Shown in pieces: positions 62,483 to 64,000 of a stretch of 64,000 bases of DNA. The notes below the pieces were generated by a model. That model worked only from the letters and a program-made list of their open reading frames with translations. It was not told the DNA's origin and searched no databases. This DNA comes from Gammaproteobacteria bacterium (GTDB taxonomy: Bacteria > Pseudomonadota > Gammaproteobacteria > Ga0077536): contig CAXXLL010000003.1 of NCBI GenBank assembly GCA_963662545.2, positions 864,001 through 928,000 on the forward strand, given 5' to 3'. Position 1 is the stretch's first letter, and the number at the start of each line of letters is the position of its first letter. A program made the position numbers and the translations under genes.

Positions 62483-63310
62483 ATGAAAAACCGAATGATC
62501 ATAAACATCCTGCTCCTGCTACTTGGGCTCGCCCTGTTGAATGGTTGTATGTATCTGCAACAACCCTCGATGATCTTTTTCCCTTACGCAACGTTTGGCC
62601 AAACACCGGCGGAGTGGGGATTTGCGTATGAGGATGTCTTGCTGGATACCGAGGATGGCGTGCGCTTGCATGGCTGGTACATCTCACGTCATGGATCGAA
62701 GCAGACCCTGCTCTTTTTTCACGGTAATGCGGGCAATATCTCCCATCGCGGGGCCTCCGTGGAGATCTTTCACCGGCTTGGCCTGAATGTTTTTATCTTC
62801 GACTACCGGGGTTACGGCAAGAGCCAGGGCAAACCTGATGAGAATGGACTTTATAAAGACGCCAGGGCGGCCTGGCGCTATCTGACCAATGAGCGAGGGT
62901 TCGATCAGAAAGATATCATCCTGTTCGGTCGCTCGCTTGGCGGCGCCGTGGCGGCAGAGCTGGCTGCGGAGATTCAGCCGGGAGGGCTAATCCTCGAGTC
63001 CACATTCAGCTCCGCTAGGGATGTGGCCAACGCGGTTTTTCCTGTTCTTTCCCGATTAATTTTTCTGCGTTACGATTTCAATACTGCGGCCCATGTCAGG
63101 CGAGTGGCGTGTCCGGTGCTGGTGCTGCACAGCCCCGACGATGAGATCATTCCGTTCCGTCTTGGAGAGAAGGTATTTCAGGCGGCCGATGAGCCAAAAT
63201 CCTTCGTGAAGATGAGGGGCGATCACAATAGCGGGGTTCTTATGAGCCAGCCGGACTACGAGCGGGCGCTTGGCGCGTTTGTCTCTCCTGCGAATAGAGG
63301 AAAGATCTGA
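62483..63310 (+). CDS. Alpha/beta hydrolase (YfhR/BEM46-like)
   Basis: FFHGNAGNI, DYRGYG, GRSLG, DEIIP, DHN. Confidence 0.9.
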   Translation: MKNRMIINILLLLLGLALLNGCMYLQQPSMIFFPYATFGQTPAEWGFAYEDVLLDTEDGVRLHGWYISRHGSKQTLLFFHGNAGNISHRGASVEIFHRLGLNVFIFDYRGYGKSQGKPDENGLYKDARAAWRYLTNERGFDQKDIILFGRSLGGAVAAELAAEIQPGGLILESTFSSARDVANAVFPVLSRLIFLRYDFNTAAHVRRVACPVLVLHSPDDEIIPFRLGEKVFQAADEPKSFVKMRGDHNSGVLMSQPDYERALGAFVSPANRGKI

Positions 63311-63380
63311 CTCAGCAGCCATTCAATAACTTCGCAGACGCCCAAAGACCGATGCCTTGATGCGCTCACCGGTAGAGCTG

Positions 63381-63737
63381 GCTACGGCCGCGCCGCCGTC
63401 GCCTTGGCGAACAAGAATGCGCGTACCGCTTGGGCGTTGCTCACACAAGGCACCGAGTACGACAAAACACTGAGTCGGAGTCTGCAACCTGCATAGTTGT
63501 TACGGCCCCCGTTCGTTCAAAATAAGGAGTTCAGCAAGCAGACCACCATCAGATTAAGAGATCTGCCCTGATCGAACCTGCTCTCCTTTGAGGCCATCGA
63601 GTCCATCGACCCATAGAGGAATCAGGGTGCGCATACATTGTGGGCTGGGAGATAGCGTCTCCATCAAAAAGCCGTATATACGTACGCGTCTTAAGTCTGA
63701 TATCAGCGCTGCTCGCTTAACGGGAGGAGTCCATATA
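63381..63737 (+). mobile_element. IS110/IS1111-type remnant: transposase C terminus plus right non-coding end
   Basis: Manual translation AVALANKNARTAWALL..Y (stop 63494-63496); end motif GGGAGGAGTCCATAT. Confidence 0.75.
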
Positions 63738-64000
63738 CATAAGAGATATTCGGAGTAGTCATTCATTAGAGCCGATTATGGTTGCTACATAAGGAGTGAA
63801 TTAATGAACCATTGGCTAATCGCGTGTGTGCTGCTGTGCTCTTGGATCAGCGTCCCGGCTGAGGAAACGAACGAACCTGTGCTCGATGCACCCGAGAATG
63901 CCTACTGGCACGCCGGTTCGCAGTCGTGGTTCGTCTCCAGCCTAAATAGGTGATCCAAATCTTGCGACACTCGGGCAGTTTCCCGGGAATGGACTTGCCG

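Overview
The window has two parts. Positions 1-20,000 are the core chromosome of a GC-rich gammaproteobacterium: hemH, yjbQ, a cereblon-like gene, slt, cca, msrA, uppP, folB, plsY, tsaD, rpsU-yqeY-dnaG-rpoD and tRNA-Ile2, with several intergenic MITE-like palindromes. From ~20,000 to the end is a genomic island that begins with a P4-type integrase next to the tRNA. The island is organised by 15 same-orientation copies of a ~145-bp repeat. Each repeat is three ~28-bp imperfect palindromes (11-6-11 geometry, like a tyrosine-recombinase core site) separated by ~31-nt and 29-nt linkers. The repeats separate small cargo segments: five paralogues of one small membrane-anchored family, flavin/PQQ redox enzymes, cupins, SnoaL-like proteins, a PEP-CTERM-like protein, a His/Asp-repeat protein and two genuine integron cassettes. 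A two-gene element (tyrosine recombinase plus IS91-type HUH/Y2 transposase) sits exactly inside a further 28-bp site; removing it rebuilds ATGTCGGCTAA-TGGCCG-TAAGCCGTCAT. This suggests an integron-like, non-attC cassette system, which is an inference and not a demonstrated function. The same sites are parasitised by an IS1182-family element (4 copies) and two MITE types. All alignments were done by eye, with no database searches.
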